The notes beneath the pieces are model-generated. The model worked only from the letters and a program-made list of their open reading frames with translations. It did not search any database and was not told where the DNA came from. Positions 1 through 9,298 of a DNA stretch of 64,000 bases are shown here, in pieces; position 1 is the stretch's first letter, and the number at the start of each line of letters is the position of its first letter. Source of the DNA: an uncultured Rhizobium sp. (GTDB lineage Bacteria > Pseudomonadota > Alphaproteobacteria > Rickettsiales > UBA1997); NCBI GenBank assembly GCA_964434225.1, contig CAYSUM010000002.1:40900-104899 (forward strand), read 5' to 3'. The translations under genes and the position numbers were made by a program.

Positions 1-227
1 TTGCCATTCATTTTGGCGGTGTAACTTCCAATAATTTTACCATTATTATCTTGAGTGATGGCAAAAACTTCTATGTCGCCATTGAAAAAGGTTTTTACGT
101 CAAATTTTGATGCTTTTTCTAAAGCCGTAATTTCCGCAGGTTTGTAGCTAAATTTTTCAATCAAAGCACAGGAACTTAGAAATGTTGTGGCAGTAATGAT
201 TGCAGCTGAGCGAATAAATCTTTTCAT
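1..227 (-). CDS. Partial CDS (N-terminal ~75 codons, continues past window start): putative lipoprotein, DUF3833-like by recollection
   Basis: Own minus-strand translation from the ATG at 225-227 gives MKRFIRSAAIITATTFLSSCALIEKFSYKPAEITALEKASKFDVKTFFNGDIEVFAI... It has a signal peptide plus lipobox LSS|C. The frame stays open to the window edge, so it is absent from the ORF track. Confidence 0.5.
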   Translation of the reverse strand, partial: MKRFIRSAAIITATTFLSSCALIEKFSYKPAEITALEKASKFDVKTFFNGDIEVFAITQDNNGKIIGSYTAKMNG

Positions 228-243
228 ATAATTTTTAAAAAAG

Positions 244-957
244 TTAGTGGCGTTTGCGAGCCAGAATGTTGATATATTCAACCGCTAAAGTGAAAAATAA
301 TGAGAAATAAAGGTAGCCTTTAGAAATATGCAGATGAATTCCATCGGCAAGTAAAATTATGCCAACCATAAAAATAAAAGCTAAAGCGACTATTTTTAGT
401 GACGGGAAATTTTGTAAAAAATAATTGATTTTTTCTAAAGCAAAAAGCATCAAAAGCATTGAAATTACTATTGCGATGACGATGACTGGAATATTATTTG
501 TCATACCAACTGCAGTGATTATTGAGTCGAAAGAAAAAACAAAATCGATTAAACTAATTTGTATAATTGCTGCGGTCATAGATTTTCCAACACTTATCGG
601 CTTTTCATCTTTTGCAGCGTGAAGTCCGTGAACTACGTCATTACGGATTTCCCAAGAACTTTTTCCCATTAAAAATAATCCGCCACAAACCAACAAAAGA
701 TCTTTGAAGGAAATTCCATTTTCACCAATAAAAAATATTGGCTCCACCAAGGTCATCACCCAAGATAAAGTCAGCAACATCAAAACCCTAATGATGAAAG
801 CCAAAGAAAGACCGAAAGCGCGGGCAACTTGGCGACTTTTTTTCGGCAATTTACTTACAACAATTGCGATAAAAACCAGATTGTCGATGCCTAAAATAAT
901 TTCAAGAAAGGTAAGAGTGGCAAGACTTACCAGCGTTTCATAAGTAAAAAAGCTCAT
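244..957 (-). CDS. TerC family integral membrane protein
   Basis: 237-aa polytopic membrane ORF with the N-terminal motif LEIILGIDNLVFIAIVV typical of TerC/Alx-type proteins. Its start overlaps the maf stop by 4 nt. Confidence 0.85.
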   Translation of the reverse strand: MSFFTYETLVSLATLTFLEIILGIDNLVFIAIVVSKLPKKSRQVARAFGLSLAFIIRVLMLLTLSWVMTLVEPIFFIGENGISFKDLLLVCGGLFLMGKSSWEIRNDVVHGLHAAKDEKPISVGKSMTAAIIQISLIDFVFSFDSIITAVGMTNNIPVIVIAIVISMLLMLFALEKINYFLQNFPSLKIVALAFIFMVGIILLADGIHLHISKGYLYFSLFFTLAVEYINILARKRH

Positions 958-1553
958 TTGATTCTAAGTATTTTTTTTTGATGAAAGAAGTTGAGCAAAG
1001 ACTGAATTGCTAAACCTAAAACTGAATAATAATCGCCAGAAATTTTTTCAAAAAGATGTTTGCCCAGCGACTCATATTTATAACTGCCCGCACAACCCCA
1101 AGGCTGATCGTATTTTACGTAACTTTCAATTTCGGCAATTGCTAATTTTCTCATAGTTAATTTAACGCGCGAAAATTTTTTGAAAATAATTTTTCCATTC
1201 AATGCCACCGCAACCGCATTGTTTTGATAATGAATTTTTCCATTAAATTTTTTTAACTGGCGTAAAGCCTCTGCTTCATTATTTGATTTAGAAATTTCTT
1301 TTTCCTTAAATTCACAAACCTGATCCGAGCCAATAACATAAGCATCGCAGAACTTTTTGCTAATCGATAAAGCTTTTTGTTCTGCCAAATAAACCGCTAA
1401 TTTTGGCGGCGATAATTTTACTTTTTTCTTGCCCTCATCTTCGTCAAAAAGTGGCGCCATCACTTCAAATTTAAGACCAACTTCTTCCAAAATTTTTTTA
1501 CGGATTTTAGAAGTTGAAGCCAAAATCAAACGACAATCGTGATCAATTAACAT
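954..1553 (-). CDS. maf: Maf-like nucleoside triphosphate pyrophosphatase (septum formation inhibitor family)
   Basis: 199 aa. N-terminus LILASTSKIRKKILEEVGL and the C-terminal GCAGSYKYESLG-type region match the Maf family. Confidence 0.85.
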   Translation of the reverse strand: MLIDHDCRLILASTSKIRKKILEEVGLKFEVMAPLFDEDEGKKKVKLSPPKLAVYLAEQKALSISKKFCDAYVIGSDQVCEFKEKEISKSNNEAEALRQLKKFNGKIHYQNNAVAVALNGKIIFKKFSRVKLTMRKLAIAEIESYVKYDQPWGCAGSYKYESLGKHLFEKISGDYYSVLGLAIQSLLNFFHQKKILRIK

Positions 1554-2161
1554 TGGCTCGAATCAAGTTTAATAAGGCTTAGAAGTTTATTTTCCATTTC
1601 TGGATCATTTTTAAAAGATCCCAACATTCTTTTGGTAATGGTTGTGGTATTGATTTTATGGATGCCGCGAGTGGTCATACATTGATGTTTTGCGTCAATA
1701 ATAACTGCGACACCTTTTGGTTTTAGAGTTTTATTAATTGTGTCCGCAATCTGCGCCGTCATGGTTTCTTGGGTTTGTAAACGCTTACCGTAAACATCCA
1801 AAAGACGAGCAATTTTGCTGATGCCAACAACTTTTTTATTCGGAATATAAGCGATGTGAGCCTTGCCAATAAAAGGAACCATGTGATGTTCGCAATGAGA
1901 TTCAACACGCATATCTTTTAACAAAACGATGTCATCGTAACCACCAACATCTTCAAAAGTTTTTCCCAAAATTTCGTCAGGATTTACATCATAACCCGAA
2001 AAAAATTCGCGGTAAGCGTTGACAACTCTTTTTGGAGTTTCAAGCAAACCTTCGCGATTTGGATTATCTCCTGCCCAAGCAATCAGAGTTCGAACCGCGG
2101 CTTCAGCTTCTTTAATTGATGGACGCGCGACTTTGTTGTTACGATTTAGCGACTTTGTCAT
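1547..2161 (-). CDS. folE: GTP cyclohydrolase I
   Basis: 204 aa with ESHCEHHMVPFIGKAHIAYIP and QERLTxQ-like (RLQTQETMTAQIA) motifs diagnostic of FolE type 1. Confidence 0.95.
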   Translation of the reverse strand: MTKSLNRNNKVARPSIKEAEAAVRTLIAWAGDNPNREGLLETPKRVVNAYREFFSGYDVNPDEILGKTFEDVGGYDDIVLLKDMRVESHCEHHMVPFIGKAHIAYIPNKKVVGISKIARLLDVYGKRLQTQETMTAQIADTINKTLKPKGVAVIIDAKHQCMTTRGIHKINTTTITKRMLGSFKNDPEMENKLLSLIKLDSSQC

Positions 2162-2387
2162 TTTATTTTTTTAGAAAAATTGCAGCAAAAAGATGAGAGC
2201 GGGCAAGCTAATAAGCGCTGCAAGAAATTACAAGTATCAAAAAAATCTTTCTGCCTCGACTCGCTTGAAATATAAAAAAGCGAAAAATAGATTGCGCTGG
2301 TCTTTTTATTTTTCTTTCCAAGAGTCAAAATTCAAGACGCCACCTCGGACAATTTGATACCAAACAATCTCTTTTTTTAGGAGTTTT

Positions 2388-2912
2388 ATGAAAAAAAGTT
2401 TTATCGCCTTAACTACTTTGTGCGCACTTTTATCTTTCAGCGCTCACGCTGGCTCAATCGCAGTTTTAGATGTTGAAAAAATTGTTAAAGAATCTGCTGC
2501 AATGCGCGACATCCAAGGTAAAGTCACTAAAAAACAAGATGAATATCAAAAAGATGTCACCAAAAAACAAAAAGATTTAGAAGCTGAACAAAAAAAGCTT
2601 GAAGGCAAAAAAAATATTTTAGCTAAAGAAGCTTTCGAAAAAGAAATGAAAAAATTCGAAGAGAAAGTTGACGATCTAAAAGCCTTCGTTGATAAAAAAC
2701 AAAACAGCTTGAAAAAAGCATCGATGGACAGCATGAGCAAAGTTAACGACAAGATCAAAGACATCATCGCTGAAATTTCAAAAGAAAAAGATGTCGATCT
2801 TATTGTTCCAACTTCTCAAACCTTGTTCTACAAAGACGAAATGGACATTTCTGCTGAAGTTTTAAAAAGACTTAACAAAAAAATCACTAAAGTTGATGTG
2901 AAATTTGAGTAA
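2388..2912 (+). CDS. skp: OmpH/Skp family periplasmic chaperone
   Basis: 174 aa with a signal peptide (..SFSAHA|G), a Lys/Glu-rich coiled-coil body and a VLDVEKIVKESAA start, all typical of Skp/OmpH. Confidence 0.8.
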   Translation: MKKSFIALTTLCALLSFSAHAGSIAVLDVEKIVKESAAMRDIQGKVTKKQDEYQKDVTKKQKDLEAEQKKLEGKKNILAKEAFEKEMKKFEEKVDDLKAFVDKKQNSLKKASMDSMSKVNDKIKDIIAEISKEKDVDLIVPTSQTLFYKDEMDISAEVLKRLNKKITKVDVKFE

Positions 2913-2944
2913 ATTTTCGACAGGCTCAGAGCGACTTAGGAAAA

Positions 2945-2979
2945 ACTCCCAAATATGAAAATGTTTGGGAGTTTTTTTT
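2945..2979 (+). terminator. Rho-independent terminator downstream of skp
   Basis: The 9-bp stem actcccaaa/tttgggagt (2945-2953 / 2964-2972) is followed by a T8 run. Confidence 0.6.
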
Positions 2980-2992
2980 CGTCCATTCCATA

Positions 2993-3025
2993 CACCGTCA
3001 TCCTAAGCTTTAGCGAAGGATCTCG
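2993..3025. repeat. Short imperfect palindromic unit (gtcatcctaagc...gcgaaggatc)
   Basis: Imperfect hairpin tcctaagc/gcgaagga. A related unit gtcatgccgagcctgtcgaagcat occurs at 44526-44549. Confidence 0.4.
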
Positions 3026-3037
3026 TAAGTTTATCTT

Positions 3038-3143
3038 CAAAATCTCCAAATCGTCATTGCGAGCGCAGTGAAGCAAAACAGTGCAGTGTTCAGCTTTATG
3101 GTTTGCCACGCGCTACGCTCGCAATGACGGTGTTGGAGATTTG
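3038..3143. repeat. ~106-bp palindromic intergenic repeat element, copy 1 (REP/RPE-like, MITE-like)
   Basis: Arms caaaatctccaaatcgtcattgcgagcg (3038-3065) and cgctcgcaatgacggtgttggagatttg (3116-3143) are near-perfect reverse complements. The core is similar to copy 2 at 5743-5835. Confidence 0.8.
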
Positions 3144-3229
3144 TGGGTTGGACAATCATATTTTTATTGCACTTCTCACACAAAATCCCGATTATTTCAG
3201 CTCAAATTCTCTCCAATTTTTTAGTCTAA

Positions 3230-5722
3230 ATGTTCATCCCTCTTCGCAATCACACAACTTACTCGCTTTGCAAAGGTGCAATAAAAATTCCTGAGTTGAT
3301 TGAACGCGCTGTCGCTTACAAATTACCTGCTCTTGGCATTATGGATTGTCAAAATCTTTTCGCCGCTTTGGAATTTTCTTCAGCTTGCAAAAAGATTGGA
3401 ATTCAACCGATTTTGGGCTGCGAAATGTTGGTAAGCTTCGACGATCCAAATCGCAAAAATCTTTCCAATCTCGATATTGAAAATTCCTTCGCCAAATTGC
3501 CTTTAATCGCCCAAAACGAAGAAGGTTATAAAAACTTGATGTATCTGGTCAGCGACAGTTTTTTAAATCGTCAAAATGGACTTTCGCCTCACATTTCTTT
3601 TAGCTTGTTAAAAGAAAAATCCGCTGGATTAATTGCTCTTTCCGGCGGGGTTGAAGGCTTTATTGGCAAGCTTTTGCAACAATCTCAAGATAAAAAATTA
3701 GTCGAATTAATTAGCGAATTTACTCAAACTTTTCCGCAAAATTTTTACATCGAAATCACCCGTCACCAAACTAAAGAAGAGCAAAACTTGGAGGAAAAAT
3801 TCATCGACATTGCCTTCAAACACAATCTACCATTGGTTGCAACCAACGACGTTTATTTCATCTCGCGCGAAATGCACGAAGCACAAGATATTTTAAGCTG
3901 TATCGGCGAAGGCAGATTTTTCTTACAACCCGATCGCCCAAAACTTTCACCCGAGCAATATTTTAAGAATCAGCAAGAGCTCGAAGCCTTATTTAGCGAT
4001 ATTCCAGAAGCGATTGAAAATACCATCAACATCGCAAAAAAATGCCATATTATGGCGTTTGAGCGTCAACCAACTTTGCCAAAATTTAGTAACGAAGCCA
4101 ATTTTAACGAAGCCGAAGAGCTAAAAAAAGAAGCCTCTAAAGGCTTAAAATTACGCCTGCAACGCAAATTTGAAATTGAAGAAATTTCGCCCCAAAGACA
4201 AAAAGAAATCGAAATTGAATATTTCGCCCGCCTTGATTTTGAGGCTTCTGTCATCATTAAAATGAACTTCTCGGGATATTTTTTAATCGTATCCGATTTC
4301 ATAAAATGGGCCAAACATAATGACATTCCAGTTGGTCCGGGGCGCGGTTCGGGTGCCGGCTCTATCATTGCTTGGTCGCTGGAAATTACCGACCTCGATC
4401 CAATTCGTTTTGGTTTACTTTTTGAAAGATTTTTAAATCCCGATCGCGTTTCAATGCCCGATTTTGACGTCGATTTCTGCCAATCGCGCCGCGACGAAGT
4501 GATTAATTATGTACAAAACAAATATGGCCGTGATTACGTTGCTCAGATTATCACTTTCGGAAAATTGCAAGCTCGCGCCGTCTTGAAAGACGTGGGTCGC
4601 GTGTTGCAAATGCCTTACAATCAAGTTGACCGAATTTGTAAATTAATTCCCTTCAACGCCATAGAAGCCGTAACTTTGGAAAAGGCGATCGACATGGATA
4701 AAGACTTGCAACAAGCCATTAAAGAAGATCCACAAGTTACGAAATTGGTTGATATTGGCCTGAAACTTGAAGGCCTAAATCGTCACGCTTCAACGCACGC
4801 AGCCGGCGTGGTTATTGGCGACAAACCACTTCGTGAAATCTGCGCTTTGTATAATGACGAAGGCTCCGAAATGCCAGCCGTTGGCTATTCAATGAAATAT
4901 GCCGAAGGCGCTGGATTAGTAAAATTCGACTTCCTTGGCTTAAAAACTCTGACCACAATTTTCGAAGCTGTAAAGTTAATCGAAAAAACTCGCGGCGTAA
5001 AAATCGATATTTCCAATCTTAAACTCGACGACAAACAAACCTTCGATATGCTTGCCACTGGAGACTCGATCGGTGTTTTTCAAATTGAATCTTCAGGAAT
5101 GCGATCAATTCTGCGCCAAATGAAATCCGACAAAATCGAAGATATTATCGCTCTAATTTCGCTGTATCGCCCCGGCCCAATGGACAATATTCCAACCTAT
5201 ATTCGCCGCAAACATGGCGAAGAAAAAATCAACTACCCTCACCCACTTTTAGAACCAACACTGAAAGAAACTTACGGCGTAATTGTTTACCAAGAACAAG
5301 TGATGGAGATTGCCAAAGTTCTTGCGGGTTATAGTCTTGGAGGTGCCGATTTACTGCGTCGCGCTATGGGTAAAAAAATCAAAGAAGAGATGGATCAACA
5401 ACGCGCAATTTTTGTAAATGGTGCGATGAAAAATAGGGTTTCTGAAAAACAAGCGGGAGAAATTTTTGATCTGGTCGATAAGTTTGCGGGCTACGGTTTC
5501 AACAAATCCCACGCCGCCGCTTACGCTTTGATTTCGTACCAAACCGCTTATCTAAAAGCGCATTATCCAGTCGAATTTTTTACCGCTTCAATCAATCTGG
5601 AAATTGATAATACCGACAAAATTAACATCTTCCTTCAAGCCGCCAAAGACAACGGAATTGCAATTCTGCCACCAGATATAAATGCCAGCGAGGCTTATTT
5701 TAGTGTCGAAAAAATATCGTAA
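3230..5722 (+). CDS. dnaE: DNA polymerase III alpha subunit, N-terminal 830 residues only (PHP, palm, thumb, most of fingers); the C-terminal third is absent
   Basis: The start MFIPLRNHTTYSL (PHP domain), GPGRGSGAGS, PDFDVDFC, YRPGPMD and FNKSHAAAYA motifs are all present. The ORF ends at ...ILPPDINASEAYFSVEKIS*, where full-length DnaE continues ~330 aa (HhH, clamp-binding motif, OB fold, tau-binding). Confidence 0.9.
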   Translation: MFIPLRNHTTYSLCKGAIKIPELIERAVAYKLPALGIMDCQNLFAALEFSSACKKIGIQPILGCEMLVSFDDPNRKNLSNLDIENSFAKLPLIAQNEEGYKNLMYLVSDSFLNRQNGLSPHISFSLLKEKSAGLIALSGGVEGFIGKLLQQSQDKKLVELISEFTQTFPQNFYIEITRHQTKEEQNLEEKFIDIAFKHNLPLVATNDVYFISREMHEAQDILSCIGEGRFFLQPDRPKLSPEQYFKNQQELEALFSDIPEAIENTINIAKKCHIMAFERQPTLPKFSNEANFNEAEELKKEASKGLKLRLQRKFEIEEISPQRQKEIEIEYFARLDFEASVIIKMNFSGYFLIVSDFIKWAKHNDIPVGPGRGSGAGSIIAWSLEITDLDPIRFGLLFERFLNPDRVSMPDFDVDFCQSRRDEVINYVQNKYGRDYVAQIITFGKLQARAVLKDVGRVLQMPYNQVDRICKLIPFNAIEAVTLEKAIDMDKDLQQAIKEDPQVTKLVDIGLKLEGLNRHASTHAAGVVIGDKPLREICALYNDEGSEMPAVGYSMKYAEGAGLVKFDFLGLKTLTTIFEAVKLIEKTRGVKIDISNLKLDDKQTFDMLATGDSIGVFQIESSGMRSILRQMKSDKIEDIIALISLYRPGPMDNIPTYIRRKHGEEKINYPHPLLEPTLKETYGVIVYQEQVMEIAKVLAGYSLGGADLLRRAMGKKIKEEMDQQRAIFVNGAMKNRVSEKQAGEIFDLVDKFAGYGFNKSHAAAYALISYQTAYLKAHYPVEFFTASINLEIDNTDKINIFLQAAKDNGIAILPPDINASEAYFSVEKIS

Positions 5723-5742
5723 TCTAACTTCGCAACTAGTCC

Positions 5743-5835
5743 CATCGTTATTGCGAACGAGGCGCGGCAAACCAGTATGGTGTTCGGTTTTTCTGGGTTG
5801 CCACGCTTCGCTCGCAATGACGATGTTGGAAATTT
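5743..5835. repeat. Palindromic intergenic repeat element, copy 2 (same family and orientation as 3038-3143)
   Basis: Arms catcgttattgcgaacgaggcg / cgcttcgctcgcaatgacgatg match in 19 of 22 positions. The shared core and right end gggttgccacgc..cgctcgcaatgacgatgttggaaatttt match copy 1. Confidence 0.8.
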
Positions 5836-5854
5836 TGCAAAAAAATTTAAAAAA

Positions 5855-8800
5855 ATGGACTACAAAGTAAAACTCAAAAACATCAAAGAATCTTCAATCT
5901 TAACCAAGATTCCCGCCGATGCGCAAATATTTCTTACCGCTGAAATCGCCAAAAATTTCTCCGATTCTGACTTAGTTTTTATCGCGCAAAATGATGTCGA
6001 AATGGAATTAGCGCAAAAGCAAATCCAATTTTTTGCACCCGATTTTGAAATTATAAATTTTCACGCTTGGGATTCTTTGCCTTACGATCGCGCCTCGCCA
6101 AAACAGGCTATTCTTGCCAATCGCATCAAAACTCTGCACCGACTTATTACCCGCAAAAATGGTCAGAAATTTTTTATCATTGCTTCAATAAATTCAGTTT
6201 TACAAAAAACCATCGCGCCAAGTCGTATCAAAGATTTGGGACTTTATTTGCAAGTTGGTAGCAAAACTTCTCTCACGCAAATTGCTGAATTTCTAGTCGC
6301 CAAGGGCTACGAACGCCAAGCTTGCGCCAATAATATCGGCGAATTTGCTGTGCGTGGTGGCATCGTTGACGTTGTGATGCAACAAGCCGCAGACTTGATT
6401 GGTTATCGCGTTGATTTTTTTGGCGATGAAGTTGAATCGATAAAAGTTTTCGATCCAATTACGCAAATCACGCAAGAAAATGTTAAATCGTTAGAAATTC
6501 TTCCAGCTTCCGAAGTTTTGATGAGCAAAAAAACTGTCGAGAATTTTCGCCAAAAATATCGCGCCGCTTTTGGTGCGGCAATTGACGATCAGCTTTACGC
6601 CGCGATTTCCGAAATGCGTTCTTACAGCGGAATGGAAAACTGGCTGCCATTTTTTTATGAAGAAGAATTGGTTAGTTTTTTTGATTATTTGCAAAATCCG
6701 ACGATTTTTTTTAACGAGAAAATTTTTCAACAAGCTCAACATCGCGAAGAGCTGGTGAATGAATATTATCAAGCTCGCGTCGCTGAACGAAAAATTAAAG
6801 ATAGTATAATTTATAATCCAATCGAACCGGATTTACTTTATTTTAGCGCTGAAAATTTCAGAAAAAATTTAGAGAAAAATCTCACAATTCAGTTTAATCA
6901 ATTTGATAGTAATGAAAAAAATCAACGCGTCCTCGACTTAGAAATTAAGCCAGTTCCCGACTTTGCTCTGGCTGGAAAAACCAACCAACAAGATCCGCTA
7001 AATTTAGTTAAAGAATTTACCGCTGACAAAAAATTCGTCATCGCTTGTTTGAGTGAAAGCTTCAAAGAGCGCATCGGCAAAATTCTGCCCGATTACAACC
7101 TAAAATGCCCGATAATCGTGCTGCCGCTGCATTTCGGATTTTACACTTCCGACATGATGATGATTGGCGAACAAGCAATTTTTGGTGAAAAAATTGTCCG
7201 CAAAAAAACCAGCAAAGCTGCGTCACAAAGATTGATCGAAGAAGGTTTGAGCATCGCTTCCGGTGAACTTGTGGTGCATCGCGATCATGGCATTGGTAAG
7301 TTTGATAATATTCACACCATTGCTGCTGGCGGCATCAAAACCGACATGATTAAAATTTTATACGGCGGCAATGATACGCTTTTTGTGCCCGTCGACGATA
7401 TTAATTTAATCACACGTTACGGCGCCGATAATCCACTGATTCAACTTGATCGTTTGGGTGTTGCGGCGTGGAAAAATCGTAAAGAAAAAGTTCGAAAAAG
7501 AATTAAAGTCGCCGCAGAAGAACTCTTGAAAATTGCGGCGGCGCGCCACTTGAAAAAAGCCCCAATCTTTGTTCCCGATCAACATTTTTACGACGAATTT
7601 AAAACTCGTTTCGGCTTCGTTGAAACCGAAGATCAAATGCGCGCCATCGAAGAAGTTGAAGAAGATTTGGCCAAAGGCTCGCCGATGGATCGTTTAATTT
7701 GCGGCGATGTTGGCTTTGGCAAAACCGAAGTTGCACTACGCGCAGCTGCTTCGGTTGCAGGTTCAAACCAAAGAACACAAGTTGCAGTTGTTGCACCAAC
7801 CACACTTTTAGTTCGTCAACATTTCAAAAATTTTTCAAAAAGATTCGAAGGAACTAATATCAAAGTTGCACAGCTTTCGCGTTTGGTAAATTTATCGGAC
7901 TCGAAGAAAGTCCGCGAAGAACTTGAATCAGGCCAAGTGCAAATCGTAATTGGCACGCACGCGCTTTTGCAAAAAACTATCAAATTCAAAAATTTAGGAT
8001 TGGTGATTGTTGACGAAGAACAACATTTTGGCGTTGCACAAAAAGAACGCTTGAAAGAATTGCGTCACGAAGTTCACGTTCTAACACTTTCGGCCACGCC
8101 AATTCCGCGCACTTTGCAGATGTCGCTGACGGGAGTAAAAGATTTGAGTTTGATTTCAACGCCACCGCTTGATCGTTTGGCGGTGCGCAATTTTGTAATG
8201 CCTTACGATTCTGTAATCGTGCGCGAAGCCGTGATGCGCGAACATAATCGTGGCGGAAGAGTTTTTTTCGTCGTGCCGAGAATCACCGATATTACTGAGA
8301 TGGAACCGCGTTTAAAAATTTTATTACCTGAGTTAAAAATCACTCACGCTCACGGCCAAATGACTCCAAGTCAGCTTGATAAAATTATGAACGATTTTGT
8401 TGATGGCAAAATCGATATGTTACTTTCAACCACAATTGTGGAATCTGGCATCGATATTTCTGATGCCAATACGATGATTATTTACAAATCGGAAATGTTT
8501 GGATTGTCGCAACTTTATCAACTGCGCGGTCGGGTGGGGCGCGGTAAAGTTCGCGCTTATTGCTATTTTATGCTCGATAATCGAAAAAAAGTTTCGGACG
8601 AATCGCGTAAAAAATTGGAAGTGATGCAGAATTTAGATTCGCTTGGCGTTGGCTTTACCGTAGCAACTCACGACATGGATATTCGCGGCAGCGGCAATTT
8701 ACTTGGCGACGAACAATCTGGTCATATTAATGAAACTGGGGTTGAACTTTATCAGCAGATGTTGCTTGAGACGATTGAAGAACTGAAGAATCAAAAAAAT

Positions 8801-9298
8801 ATTGTTAAAACTACAGTCGAAGAATTTGTTGATCGCGATTTTGCCGTACAAATTAAGCTGGGAATTTCGCTGCTGATTCCAGAAGATTACATGCAAGATT
8901 TGAGCTTGCGCATGAGCTTCTACAAAAAAATCGCCAATATTAAAAATGATGAAGATGAAGAGAATTTAATTAACGAAATGAGTGATCGTTTTGGAAAAAT
9001 TCCGGCGGAAGTTTTAAATTTAATGGAAATCGCCAAGTTGAAATGGCTGTGCAAGAAAGTTGGTGTCGAAAAATTGGAAGCTGCTTCTGAGGGAATTTTA
9101 ATCAGCTTCAAAGACAATAAATTCGCCAATCCCGATGCTTTATTAAAAATGATTTTTTCAAGCAAAAATCAAATCAAAATTCATCAAGGACAAAAGGCGC
9201 TTTTTGTTTGCGATGCAAAATCGCCAGAGAATAAAATTGCTTCAGCTTTAAAAGTGATTGATCAATTACAAAAGCTGCTTGGAAATTATCCAATTTAA
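5855..9298 (+). CDS. mfd: Transcription-repair coupling factor
   Basis: Superfamily-2 helicase motifs are present (GDVGFGKTEVA, VIVDEEQHFG, LTLSATPIPRT, QLRGRVGR), along with a CarD-like domain and a UvrB-homology N-terminus. I moved the start to the ATG at 5855 (MDYKVKL...) because the 26 upstream codons of the track ORF lie in the palindromic repeat. Confidence 0.95.
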   Translation: MDYKVKLKNIKESSILTKIPADAQIFLTAEIAKNFSDSDLVFIAQNDVEMELAQKQIQFFAPDFEIINFHAWDSLPYDRASPKQAILANRIKTLHRLITRKNGQKFFIIASINSVLQKTIAPSRIKDLGLYLQVGSKTSLTQIAEFLVAKGYERQACANNIGEFAVRGGIVDVVMQQAADLIGYRVDFFGDEVESIKVFDPITQITQENVKSLEILPASEVLMSKKTVENFRQKYRAAFGAAIDDQLYAAISEMRSYSGMENWLPFFYEEELVSFFDYLQNPTIFFNEKIFQQAQHREELVNEYYQARVAERKIKDSIIYNPIEPDLLYFSAENFRKNLEKNLTIQFNQFDSNEKNQRVLDLEIKPVPDFALAGKTNQQDPLNLVKEFTADKKFVIACLSESFKERIGKILPDYNLKCPIIVLPLHFGFYTSDMMMIGEQAIFGEKIVRKKTSKAASQRLIEEGLSIASGELVVHRDHGIGKFDNIHTIAAGGIKTDMIKILYGGNDTLFVPVDDINLITRYGADNPLIQLDRLGVAAWKNRKEKVRKRIKVAAEELLKIAAARHLKKAPIFVPDQHFYDEFKTRFGFVETEDQMRAIEEVEEDLAKGSPMDRLICGDVGFGKTEVALRAAASVAGSNQRTQVAVVAPTTLLVRQHFKNFSKRFEGTNIKVAQLSRLVNLSDSKKVREELESGQVQIVIGTHALLQKTIKFKNLGLVIVDEEQHFGVAQKERLKELRHEVHVLTLSATPIPRTLQMSLTGVKDLSLISTPPLDRLAVRNFVMPYDSVIVREAVMREHNRGGRVFFVVPRITDITEMEPRLKILLPELKITHAHGQMTPSQLDKIMNDFVDGKIDMLLSTTIVESGIDISDANTMIIYKSEMFGLSQLYQLRGRVGRGKVRAYCYFMLDNRKKVSDESRKKLEVMQNLDSLGVGFTVATHDMDIRGSGNLLGDEQSGHINETGVELYQQMLLETIEELKNQKNIVKTTVEEFVDRDFAVQIKLGISLLIPEDYMQDLSLRMSFYKKIANIKNDEDEENLINEMSDRFGKIPAEVLNLMEIAKLKWLCKKVGVEKLEAASEGILISFKDNKFANPDALLKMIFSSKNQIKIHQGQKALFVCDAKSPENKIASALKVIDQLQKLLGNYPI

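Noticed and set aside
3103-3294. 63-aa ORF upstream of and overlapping the dnaE start
   Set aside because: It begins inside the palindromic repeat (PRATLAMTV = cgctcgcaatgacgg) and is out of frame with dnaE. It is a repeat-derived artefact.
5777-5854. 26-codon N-terminal extension of mfd in the ORF track
   Set aside because: The extension (MVFGFSGLPRFARNDDVGNF...) is the translated right arm of repeat copy 2. The Mfd homology starts after the ATG at 5855.
5700-5860. Possibility that dnaE is a split-intein gene as in cyanobacteria
   Set aside because: There is no intein N-fragment. A Cys-Leu-Ser-type splice junction followed by ~100 aa would be expected after the last extein-like residues, but the ORF simply stops 20 nt before a repeat element.
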